A stretch of 62,491 nucleotides of DNA, filler included. It is 9 parts of 9 records of this genome, joined end to end, with 100 filler letters (N's around TTAATTAATTAA, not from the genome) between each part and the next. Parts side by side here need not be neighbours in the genome. Positions count along the whole stretch, not along the records: positions 7,738 to 14,662 come from SRR31156797_55522; positions 14,763 to 21,567 come from SRR31156797_55575; 7 more parts are not named here. The stretch is one strand, 5' to 3'. Positions within the stretch are counted from its first letter, which is position 1, and every line of letters starts with the position of its first letter. A program made the translations under genes and the position numbers. Shown here in pieces: positions 8,640 through 17,819 of the stretch. The notes under the pieces were generated by a model that had not been told where the DNA came from, searched no databases, and saw only the letters and a program-made list of their open reading frames with translations.

Positions 8640-11014
8640 ACATTCTCAACAAGAAACTGAGACGAGATTTGTGGCAGACCAAGGGGATGCTCACCGCCGT
8701 CATTCTGATCGTGGCCATGGGCGTGAGTTGTCTCGTGGGAATGATGGGCACATCCCGGAACCTTCAGTCGGCACGAAACGTCTATTACGGACAATGCCGC
8801 ATGGCCGATTTCTGGGTGGACCTTAAAAAAATGCCGGTGACCGAAATGAATCTCCTGAACGACATGGCGGGCATCGGGGAGATTCGCCACCGCATCGCCT
8901 CTCCGGTCATCGTTGACCTGGAAGGTGTGGCGGAACCTTTGAGCGGTACCCTTTTGACGCTGCCGGCCGATCCGTTACCCGTGATCAACGGCATCCTGAT
9001 TCGAAGCGGGACCTATTTCACCAACCGCCGACAGGATGAGGTGATTGTCTCGGAGGCCTTTGCCCGGGCCCGGAATATTCGCGAGGGGGACACCATCCAT
9101 CTCATAATGAACGGACAGCGAAAATCCCTCTTTGTGGTGGGCACCGCCATGAGCTCGGAATACGTGTACATGATCCCGCCGGGGGCTATCGCACCCGAAC
9201 CGTCCCGCTACGGGGTGTTTTACGTGAAACGGGGCTTCGGAGAAGACACTTTGGGATTCAACGGCGCGTGCAACTCGTTGGTGGGATTGTTGTCCGGAAA
9301 AGCCCACCAAAATAGGCAGCCCCTGTTTGACGAACTGAGGCGCCGGCTGAAACCCTACGGGGTTTTTGCCATTACGCCACTGAACCTGCAGCCATCCAAC
9401 CTCAGCCTTTCCGGAGAGCTGTCCGCCCTTGCCACCATCTCCTTTTTCATGCCCGCCATCTTCATGCTGGTGGCGGTGTTGGTGCTGAATGTGCTGATGA
9501 ACCGGTTGGCCCAGCAGCAGCGGACCATCGTGGGAACCCTTAAGGCGCTGGGCTACGGCAATCGGGAGATATTTTTTCATTATATCGGATTCGGCATTTT
9601 CGTGGGCGCCGTCGGGGCCTTGCTGGGCTGTCTTTTCGGCGGTTGGATCGCCGATGCCTTGACCATTCAGTACCGCTCCTTTTTTGACTTTCCCAGACTG
9701 GAAAGCCAATTTTACCCCGCTCTCAACCTCACGGCCCTGGTCATCGCCCTGCTGTTCGGCATCATCGGAACTCTCAAGGGAATTCGGACCGTATTGGCCC
9801 TCAACCCCGCCGATGCCATGCGTCCCCCGCCGCCTCCGGGGGGGGGTGCTGTTTTTCTTGAAGCCTGGACCGGACTCTGGCGAAGGCTGGGATTTCAGCA
9901 CCAGATCGTCCTTCGGAACCTCATTCGGAACAAAGGGCGAACACTGACGGCCCTTTTTTCGGCGGCCATGGGCGCCGCCATGGTGCTGGTCACATTCGGC
10001 ACCATGGATTCGCTGCAGTACATGGTGAATTTCCGGTTCCAAATGGAGAATCATTCCGACTATGCCTTGACCCTTCGCAACGACCGAGGGGCGGGTGCCC
10101 TTTTGGAGGCGGCGGAACTGCCCGGTATATTGAGGGCCGAGCCGCTCCTGAACGTTCCCTGCCATTTTATGAATAAGAACCACGGAAAGAAAGGGGTGAT
10201 TCAGGGGTTACGCCGCAATGCACAAATGACCATCCTTCACAGCGCCTCGGGCGCTCCTATCAGGGTCCCCGACACCGGCCTTCTCATGGCCAGGCGGTTG
10301 GGGCGGGAGTTGGGGCTGTCCCTGGGAGATCGGGTCAGGGTCGTGCCCACCCAAGGCCTGCAGCAGCCGGTGGATATGCCGGTGACCGGGTTTATGGACA
10401 GCTTGTTCGGTCTGTGCGTATATGCGGATTATGATTATCTGAACCGGATGATCGGGGAGGCCGGAGCGGTTTCCATTACCCAACTCAAAGGCCGGCCCAC
10501 CCCGGCGGAGATGCCCGCATTTCTTCGCGCCATCAAGTCCTGGCCCGATCTTTCCAACTATGCCGAAACAAGCTTTCAGAGGCAGGTGCTCCAAGAGACC
10601 TTTGTCAGCAAATTGGGGCAGATGGTCTATCCCCTGATCCTTTTCGGGGGGGTCATCTTTTTCGGTGCCATATTAAACGGTTCCCTCATCAGCATCATGG
10701 AGCGGACCCGGGAGATTGCCACCTTCCGCGTGCTGGGATATCAGCCCCGTGAGATCGGCGCCATGTTCTTGAAGGAGAACTTGATTCAGTACGGTTTGGG
10801 CGCGCTTCTGGGTCTTCCCCTGGGCCGGTGGCTTCTGTGGTCCCTCAACGGTCAATACACCAATGACATGTATGCGGTGCCCACGGTTGTGGAGCCCATG
10901 AGCTGGGTCAAGACGGTGGTGGTCTCATTCGCCTTTATTCTGGGAGCGCACCTTTTCGTTCGAAGGGTTATCCGGCGTTTAAACTGGCAGGATGCTTTGA
11001 GCATGAAGGAGTAA
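8636..11014 (+). CDS. ABC transporter permease (FtsX/MacB-type, duplicated)
   Basis: Two repeats of a periplasmic domain plus TM helices; QQRTIVGTLKALG and ERTREIATFRVLG; GTGA overlap with the ATPase gene. Confidence 0.9.
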   Translation: MNILNKKLRRDLWQTKGMLTAVILIVAMGVSCLVGMMGTSRNLQSARNVYYGQCRMADFWVDLKKMPVTEMNLLNDMAGIGEIRHRIASPVIVDLEGVAEPLSGTLLTLPADPLPVINGILIRSGTYFTNRRQDEVIVSEAFARARNIREGDTIHLIMNGQRKSLFVVGTAMSSEYVYMIPPGAIAPEPSRYGVFYVKRGFGEDTLGFNGACNSLVGLLSGKAHQNRQPLFDELRRRLKPYGVFAITPLNLQPSNLSLSGELSALATISFFMPAIFMLVAVLVLNVLMNRLAQQQRTIVGTLKALGYGNREIFFHYIGFGIFVGAVGALLGCLFGGWIADALTIQYRSFFDFPRLESQFYPALNLTALVIALLFGIIGTLKGIRTVLALNPADAMRPPPPPGGGAVFLEAWTGLWRRLGFQHQIVLRNLIRNKGRTLTALFSAAMGAAMVLVTFGTMDSLQYMVNFRFQMENHSDYALTLRNDRGAGALLEAAELPGILRAEPLLNVPCHFMNKNHGKKGVIQGLRRNAQMTILHSASGAPIRVPDTGLLMARRLGRELGLSLGDRVRVVPTQGLQQPVDMPVTGFMDSLFGLCVYADYDYLNRMIGEAGAVSITQLKGRPTPAEMPAFLRAIKSWPDLSNYAETSFQRQVLQETFVSKLGQMVYPLILFGGVIFFGAILNGSLISIMERTREIATFRVLGYQPREIGAMFLKENLIQYGLGALLGLPLGRWLLWSLNGQYTNDMYAVPTVVEPMSWVKTVVVSFAFILGAHLFVRRVIRRLNWQDALSMKE

Positions 11015-11093
11015 ACACATTTATTGGGGGTGAATGCCCGAGGACCGGCGGGGTTAGGGGAATAACGCCATATTCAGGGAGGTCGGAATCATT

Positions 11094-12449
11094 ATGAAGA
11101 AACGGTTGAAATGGGTCATCTTATGCACTGTCATCGTTCTGGCAGTGGGATTCTATGCCTATTCGGAAATGCAGTCGGGGACACCGGTTCGTACGGTCCA
11201 GGTAACTGAGGGCAGGATCCGTTCCTGGGTGGAGGAACGGGCCATGACCACCCTCCCACTGGTCCATAAAATCACCATGCCTCAAGACGGTCGGATCCTT
11301 CCCATCACCCTGAAGGCGGGACAACCGGTTACAAAGGGTCAGGTGGTGGCACAAATGGATACCGCCGATCTTCAATCCACCCTGGACCTGGCCGATGCGG
11401 AGGTGAAAGTAATTCAGGCCCAAATGGCCGTCAACGCTTACGACAAAATCGAAAATACGGCCCTGGTGGAATCCCGGAAACTGATACAAGCTCTCAACGC
11501 CACCGGAAAAGCCTCCAACGAACTGGTCCGGACCAACAAGGCGGAACTCAAATATGCCAGGTGGCTTGTGGAAATGGAGGAGAAATTGGTCAAACAGCGC
11601 GCTTCATCCAAAGAGAAGCTGCGGCGGGCGCAGCGGGACTACGGACAGGCCGAAAGCCAGGTGGCCTCAGCCCGCTTTATGAGCAGTGCCACTTGGGCCA
11701 TTGCCGCGGTGGTGGACCTGTTGCCCCGATACGTTGCCGAGCTCCTGGGCCGAAAGAAACTGGAAGGAGGTGTGTTGAAACAGAGTCTGGCCGGTGCTCG
11801 AGCCGCTCGGGAACTGGCAGCCAGGCGCCTTCGGCGCGCCAGCATAAAAAGCCCGGTGGACGGCGTCGTGCTGCGGCGCATGGTCAAAAACGAGGCATAC
11901 CTGACCGCCGGGACCCTCCTTCTGGAGATCGGGGCCATGGAAAATCTGCAAGTGACCGCCGATATCCTCAGCCAGGACGTGGTGACGGTGAGACCGGGAA
12001 ACCCGGTGGATGTCTACGGTCCGTCCATCGGTCCCGCCCCCATCGGCGGCGTGGTATTGCGCGTCCGGCCGGCCGGTTTTACCAAAGTGTCTTCCTTGGG
12101 GGTGGATCAACAGCGGGTACCGGTGATCATTTCATTTGAACCGGATGCCCTGAGACAACTGCGGAAGATGGGACGCGCCCTGGGGCTGGCCTACCGGGTC
12201 CGCGTACGCATCTACACCGATGGAAAGGAGCATGTCCTCAAAGTCCCCAGGACCGCTCTCTTTCGCGGGGAAAAAAATCGGTGGCAGGTCTTTTCCGTTC
12301 GGGACGGCAGAGCCGTCCTTGTACCCGTGAGCCTGGGAATCGTCAACGACCGGGAAGGGGAGATCACGGAAGGCCTCAAGGCCGGCGATCCGGTGGTGGT
12401 GGCCCCGCCCAAGAGCCTTAAGCCGGGCGACCGGGTCATCGCTTCGTGA
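11094..12449 (+). CDS. HlyD/MacA-type periplasmic adaptor
   Basis: N-terminal membrane anchor, lipoyl-like halves (GQPVTKGQVV / IKSPVDGVVL), coiled coil, TKVSSLGVDQQRV. Confidence 0.9.
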   Translation: MKKRLKWVILCTVIVLAVGFYAYSEMQSGTPVRTVQVTEGRIRSWVEERAMTTLPLVHKITMPQDGRILPITLKAGQPVTKGQVVAQMDTADLQSTLDLADAEVKVIQAQMAVNAYDKIENTALVESRKLIQALNATGKASNELVRTNKAELKYARWLVEMEEKLVKQRASSKEKLRRAQRDYGQAESQVASARFMSSATWAIAAVVDLLPRYVAELLGRKKLEGGVLKQSLAGARAARELAARRLRRASIKSPVDGVVLRRMVKNEAYLTAGTLLLEIGAMENLQVTADILSQDVVTVRPGNPVDVYGPSIGPAPIGGVVLRVRPAGFTKVSSLGVDQQRVPVIISFEPDALRQLRKMGRALGLAYRVRVRIYTDGKEHVLKVPRTALFRGEKNRWQVFSVRDGRAVLVPVSLGIVNDREGEITEGLKAGDPVVVAPPKSLKPGDRVIAS

Positions 12450-12468
12450 CCCTCCGACGGGGTTTTGA

Positions 12469-14067
12469 TCACCAGTCCGGCCCCCGCAAAAGGGACTTTT
12501 CGCTCCCCGGATCAGGCGAGAGATGAAGGGGTTCATCCATGAGGTTTCCCCAATCGGTCCGTTCCCTCATGACCGATTTGATGCCCTCGGGAACGAAGGG
12601 CCGGCCTTCTCGAATCTGCCATCCGCCCCCCAGGGCTCGATACACCGATACCAGTCCCAGAGGCGCGTCCCCCTTGGTCCCGGCCAGTCGGTCCTGTTCA
12701 TTCAAAAGCGACTGCTGGGCCAGTAGGACCGTGGTGTAATCGGTACTGCCGCCGCGGTACTGCATGAGTGCCAGTTCGGCGGAGCGCTTGGCCGCCGCCA
12801 CGCTCTTTCGGAGATAACCGATCCGTTCCTGGGCATTCTGGAACTCCACCAACCCGTCTTCCACCTCCTGCTGAGCCCGCAGCACCGTGTCCTGATAACT
12901 AAGAATAAATTCCTGCAGCCGAGCGTCTTGAACGCGCACATTGTTGGTGATGCGCCCGTAATTAAGGATGTTCCATCGAAAAGTGGGCCCAAAGGTGGCA
13001 AATCGGCTGCTCCAGTCGAAAATGTCACCCACACTGGCATTCCCCACATTGGTGGCGGCGAAACCGAAGGAGCCGCTCAGGGAGAAAGCGGGATAGAGAT
13101 CCGCCTTGGCCACGCCGATGAGGGCGCACTGGCCGGCCGCCCGTAATTCGGCATTACGAATGTCGGGGCGCCTGCGCAGCAGTTCCGCCGGGATGCCCAC
13201 GGCGATGTTCAGCGGCGCCCGGGGAATTCCCCGGCCCCCGTTCAGCCGGTCTTTCAGCCGGCCCGGCGGCATCCCCAAAAGGACCGAGAGGGCGTGTTGC
13301 GCCTTCTGAATCCCGATTTCCAGAAAGGGTATCTGGGCCTTTGTACTGGCCAGCAGGGTAATGGCCTGTTGGACGTCCCGCTCACTGGTGTCTCCGGCAT
13401 CGAATCGGGCCTTGGCAATGCGCAGACTCTCCTGTTGCAGTTTTAGGTTTTCCCGGGCGATAGAAAGTCGGTCCTCGTAAACACGGATAACCACATAGGT
13501 TCTGGCCACATCCGCGGTCAGGGTCACCAACACATCGTCATAGGCCGCAATGGATGCCATGAGATTGGCATCCGCGGACTGGATAGCACGGCGGAATTTG
13601 CCCCAGAAATCCAGTTCCCAGCCGGCGCCGACTCCCAGGCTGCCCCGGACGTAGCCCAACCCCTGATTGCCGGGGCCCGGGGACACCAGTTCTACGGAAT
13701 TGCCGCTGATGCGGTTGTATTCCAGACCGCCGAAGCCGGTCTGCGATTGGGGATAGAATTCCCCCACCACGACCCCCAGAACGGCTCTGGCTTCCAGGAC
13801 CCGCACGCCGGCGATTCGCAGGGGTAGATTCTGTTGGTAAGCGGTATTTACCAGACTTTCCAGAATCGGGTCATTAAATACACGCCACCAGTCCTTGTAT
13901 TCAGGGTCTTCTTCACGGATCCGGACATTTTCGGATGCCGCCCACTCCGGCGCCAGATCGGCTTTGGGCGGCGTGAAATCGGGCCCCACCATGGCGCAGG
14001 CATTCACAATCATTAACAGACCCACAAAACACACCCACCCGATCAGCGGGGATTTGCGTTTCCCCAT
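12469..14067 (-). CDS. Outer-membrane efflux lipoprotein (NodT/OprM/TolC family)
   Basis: Lipobox NAC-AMVGPDF, WELDFWG, ELLRRRPDIRNAE, YRALGGGW. Start at ATG 14067 after AAGGAGGAGG. Confidence 0.92.
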   Translation of the reverse strand: MGKRKSPLIGWVCFVGLLMIVNACAMVGPDFTPPKADLAPEWAASENVRIREEDPEYKDWWRVFNDPILESLVNTAYQQNLPLRIAGVRVLEARAVLGVVVGEFYPQSQTGFGGLEYNRISGNSVELVSPGPGNQGLGYVRGSLGVGAGWELDFWGKFRRAIQSADANLMASIAAYDDVLVTLTADVARTYVVIRVYEDRLSIARENLKLQQESLRIAKARFDAGDTSERDVQQAITLLASTKAQIPFLEIGIQKAQHALSVLLGMPPGRLKDRLNGGRGIPRAPLNIAVGIPAELLRRRPDIRNAELRAAGQCALIGVAKADLYPAFSLSGSFGFAATNVGNASVGDIFDWSSRFATFGPTFRWNILNYGRITNNVRVQDARLQEFILSYQDTVLRAQQEVEDGLVEFQNAQERIGYLRKSVAAAKRSAELALMQYRGGSTDYTTVLLAQQSLLNEQDRLAGTKGDAPLGLVSVYRALGGGWQIREGRPFVPEGIKSVMRERTDWGNLMDEPLHLSPDPGSEKSLLRGPDW

Positions 14068-14259
14068 CCACCTCCTCCTTTCCATTTGGGTCACCAACCA
14101 TGAATACGCCGCTGTTCCGTTCGGCATCATTTGAAATAACAAACTTTTTGGAATGTTTATACACCTTCCCGATTCCAATACTCAACCTAAAATAAATGAG
14201 ATGGAGTATCGGAACTTCAAAAGTACAGCCCCAGGAACCAACTCGACCAAAACGTCGAT

Positions 14260-14662
14260 TCAGACTTCATGATATTCCATGCTTGGGTGATGGGTTGCTG
14301 ATGTTCCACTGTCCGTTTTCGTCTCCGCGGCCATACCGCTGATGGCTTGAGCGATGTCCTTGGGTTGAACGGGCGCACCCCGGTTAAATATCAATGCTTT
14401 CTGCAGGGCGTTACCCATCTCCCGCACGTTCCCCGGCCATGAGTGGTCGCTAATGCGTACATCCACCGGAATCGTTTCCCTGCCCCCTAAGCGCTCGATA
14501 CTTTTCTCCTGCAGAAGCCGCAAGATCTTGGCCTGAACGGCGGAGGGCATGTCGCCGATTTCATCCAGGAATACCTTTCCCCTGTTTGCTTGTTCGATCT
14601 TCCCCACACGCCGGTGGGAAGCACCGGTAAAGGCCCCTTTTTCGTATCCGAAAAGTTCGCTT
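14260..14662 (-). pseudogene. Sigma54-dependent activator AAA+ remnant with in-frame internal deletion and no HTH
   Basis: [13 protein letters not shown]...FLDEIGDM...VDVRI joins directly to SDHSWPGNVRE. The 5' end is cut by the gap. Confidence 0.7.
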
Positions 14663-14762
14663 NNNNNNNNNNNNNNNNNNNNNNNNNNNNNNNNNNNNNN
14701 NNNNNNTTAATTAATTAANNNNNNNNNNNNNNNNNNNNNNNNNNNNNNNNNNNNNNNNNNNN

Positions 14763-15358
14763 GATATTCTTCGGGCCAATTTCATTACTTCATCCATCAA
14801 GGATTCAGGCGGAACAACCCGGTCGACCAGGCCCAGTCTGAAGGCTTCGGCCGCGTCAATGATTTCTCCGGAATAAATCAAAAGCTTAGCGCGTCCGGGG
14901 CCTAAAAGCCTGGGGGCGCGTTGCGTTCCCCCGGCCCCGGGAATTATGCCGAACCTGACTTCCGGCAGTCCGAATGATGCGGATTCGGATGCAATTCGGA
15001 TGTCGCAGGCCAGAGCCAGTTCCGTGCCGCCTCCAAGGGCCAGGCCATTTACGGCGGCTATGACCGGGCATTCCAGGTCCGCGACCAGGTTTAACATTTC
15101 CTGTACTTCCTTGACGAATTGATAGCCGTCTTCGGCTGTCTTTGCTTCCAAAAATATGTTTATGTCCGCCCCGCCTTGAAAAACGTTTCCAATGCCGACG
15201 ACCACCACAGCCCGCAGCTTCTTTTCATGCAATTCCTTAAAGGACGTTACAAAGTCGACCATCATGTCCCGTGTGTAGGTGTTAAACGGAGGGCTGTCAA
15301 TGGTGACCACGGCAATTTCATTTTCGATTTCATAGCGGACTTTGCGGTTCATATGCAC
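14763..15358 (-). CDS. Enoyl-CoA hydratase/isomerase (crotonase) family, 3' end cut by gap
   Basis: FQGGADI, AVNGLALGGGTELALACDIR and FGLPEVRFGIIPGAGGTQR, with both catalytic Glu present. Confidence 0.92.
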
Positions 15359-15594
15359 ATTCTCCTAGTAGTATTAATTAGTTTCAAGGCTGAAATGAAA
15401 CCCGGAACAGCGAGGCGGCAAAACATTCTCGCACTCGCTGTTCAAAGGCTTCTGTGAAAACCGGTTTCCTTAATATAGTTTTCTATTTTCCAAGGAGCAA
15501 TGGTTTTCCGCCCTATTTGATGAAAACTACGAATACTTTTTCCTGAAATACTCTAACAATTTGTGCATGCCGCTATTCTCATTCTTACTTTATG

Positions 15595-16812
15595 TCATTT
15601 AATAAACGTGGCTACGGACCCTATACAGTTAAGTATAAAAGCAGCCGCAAGTCCGGCGTTAAGCAGCCAGGAGTTTGTATATTCGCCCATTATCTTTTGC
15701 TTGTTGCCCACAACCAGATAGACCAGGAGGACGGCCGGCCCGGCCAGAAGAAAAATGACCATGGCCAGAACCATATATTTCATGGCCGGCAGCCCGCTCA
15801 GGAAAGGCCCTAGGATGCCTACCAGTATGCTGCAAAATAAAAGGACCTTGAATTTAAAGTTATTTAGATCCGGGGATATGCCCACCATGTCGGCCAGCAT
15901 GTAGCACATAATGGTGGCCAGGGCGCCCAGGGTTGTGAAAATTGCGCCGAAAAGACCGGTCAGGAACATCCACTTGGAAAAGGCTCCGACCAGAGGTTCC
16001 AGGCCCTTGGCGGCATCTATGGCCGTGTTGACTTCGATTCCCTGGGGATGAAGCACGGCGGCGCCGGTTATGTAAATGCCGATGCTGAAGAGTCCGAACA
16101 GGATGCCGTAGAACAGGATCTGGTCAAGCTTCATCCTGGGAATGAATTCAGGCCCGTCCCAGCCCTTGTTGCGAACCAGGTAGGAATAACCGAGAGCGAC
16201 AACGCCGCTGGCCGATCCGCCCAGGATTCCGCCGAAGGCCATGAGCCCGGTTTTGTCCATAGGAACAGACGGGACCAGGCCGGAAGCGGCATTGGGGATG
16301 GAAACGTCAACCACAAACAGGTTGATAAAAAAGAGCACGGCCATGGCCGAAGTCATAAGAGAACAGAGAAAAACGACGCGCTTGAAGCCGAAAGAAAAAA
16401 TGAATGCAGCGGCCAGAACAATAAGTGGAACTACAACTGTGTTGGTTAAATTTCCAAGGTCGGGCGCCATCAGCGAGACGGTATGACCAAGCAGCTTGCC
16501 TTCTATGGTAATGACAAAATACACGGCGAGAGACAACCAAATAAAGAGAGGATAGGCAAAATAAGGATGGACATAGTCGCGCATGACCTGGAATCCTGTT
16601 TTTCCGGTTACGGCATATACTTTTCCGCCGATGACAGCGACAATGGCGCCCAGAAAACCGCTGGCCGCAACCATCCAAAGAATTTGATAGCCGAGATGGG
16701 ACCCGCCCATAATACATGACGCCACAGTACCGGGTCCCATGGATGAAGCCACCAGGATCGCGGCCGGGCCGATCATGGCCAGCTTGTTTATTAAACCAGG
16801 TTCTTCTTTCAT
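15595..16812 (-). CDS. NRAMP-related (YcsG-like) transporter with non-canonical TM1 motif
   Basis: About 11 TM segments; GPAAILVASSMGPGT where metal NRAMPs have DPGN; C-terminal KIMGEYTNSW. Confidence 0.8.
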   Translation of the reverse strand: MKEEPGLINKLAMIGPAAILVASSMGPGTVASCIMGGSHLGYQILWMVAASGFLGAIVAVIGGKVYAVTGKTGFQVMRDYVHPYFAYPLFIWLSLAVYFVITIEGKLLGHTVSLMAPDLGNLTNTVVVPLIVLAAAFIFSFGFKRVVFLCSLMTSAMAVLFFINLFVVDVSIPNAASGLVPSVPMDKTGLMAFGGILGGSASGVVALGYSYLVRNKGWDGPEFIPRMKLDQILFYGILFGLFSIGIYITGAAVLHPQGIEVNTAIDAAKGLEPLVGAFSKWMFLTGLFGAIFTTLGALATIMCYMLADMVGISPDLNNFKFKVLLFCSILVGILGPFLSGLPAMKYMVLAMVIFLLAGPAVLLVYLVVGNKQKIMGEYTNSWLLNAGLAAAFILNCIGSVATFIK

Positions 16813-16958
16813 TACTGCTCCTTTCCGGGTTGACAAAAGGACAAAAGTATCCGCCTTCTTCAGAGGCGGTCATCTGAAGAATATTAATTACATCTTCTTT
16901 TTTTACGGATGCCGAAGCGGCCTGGACTCATCGTCCCTGGGCCGCCCGGTTTATGAAG

Positions 16959-17801
16959 CTATTCTTCCAACTCGAAACGGAAGTCGCAGTAGTCCGCGCC
17001 CTCCATAATTGTTTGAGTGCGGGTAAATTTGATTTTGGGATTGAATCCTTCCATCAAGGCGAAATCACGACCGCAGCCGAGCAGATACCCGTATTCTTCC
17101 AGGCCTTGTTCCTTGTACATTTCAGCGTATTTACACCGGGTCACGTTGACCGAGGCCTTTTTATCCGTGGTTTCAATGATGTCGAATTCCAGGGCGCCGC
17201 CCTGGCTGAACATGGGAATAGCCCTCTGCAGGTGTTCCATGGAATCCCCGCCGGCAAACATTTTAAGCATTTTGCCGGCTTCCATGGCCAGTCCTTCAAT
17301 AACTTTTCCGGCTACGTTCCGGGCGGCTTCCTCGCCAAAAGCTTCGCCGTAAGCCTTGATCAGGGGCGCTGCGATCAAGGCTTCGATTTCTCTTCTGACA
17401 ATAAGATCCACGCTGTTAATATCCTGAGCCACGGTTTCACCTCCCTGCTCTGATTCCGCCTGTTCGGCGGCTTCGGCTTTATCTTTTTTTATAACCAGGT
17501 CTTTGAGCACCTTATTTTTATTTAACGGGTCCAGGGTCAACTCTCCGTCGCCTACCGGAGTTTGGCACAGCAACCCGGGTTTGCCGTTGATCCGGGCCGT
17601 GCATTTACCGCATATGCCCAATGAGCAGCCGGCATGGTCGTAATAAGCCAGGGTCGAGTCCATGTTCTGATAAATATAGTCCAGGACGTCCATGGCGCTT
17701 AAGCCCTCTTCAAAGGGGATTTCATAGGTTTGATACCCTGGCTCTTTGTCATTGGCGGGGTCGTAACGGAATACATTGGCCTTTATCATTTTTTCCGACA
17801 T
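16959..17801 (-). CDS. Fusion of SdhB/FrdB-type 2Fe-2S domain and L-2-amino-thiazoline-4-carboxylate-hydrolase-like (V4R-related) domain
   Basis: N-terminal VFRYDP...GCSLGICGKC...LLCQ, an acidic linker, then RREIEA...VTRCKYAEMY...LGCGRD...RTQTIMEGADYCDFRF. Confidence 0.8.
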   Translation of the reverse strand: MSEKMIKANVFRYDPANDKEPGYQTYEIPFEEGLSAMDVLDYIYQNMDSTLAYYDHAGCSLGICGKCTARINGKPGLLCQTPVGDGELTLDPLNKNKVLKDLVIKKDKAEAAEQAESEQGGETVAQDINSVDLIVRREIEALIAAPLIKAYGEAFGEEAARNVAGKVIEGLAMEAGKMLKMFAGGDSMEHLQRAIPMFSQGGALEFDIIETTDKKASVNVTRCKYAEMYKEQGLEEYGYLLGCGRDFALMEGFNPKIKFTRTQTIMEGADYCDFRFELEE

Positions 17802-17819
17802 GATCATCACCTCCATCGC

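Noticed and set aside
14260-15358. Crotonase and sigma54 activator as one operon (likewise kinase + MCP at 20694-22301)
   Set aside because: They are separated by a linker and belong to different contigs
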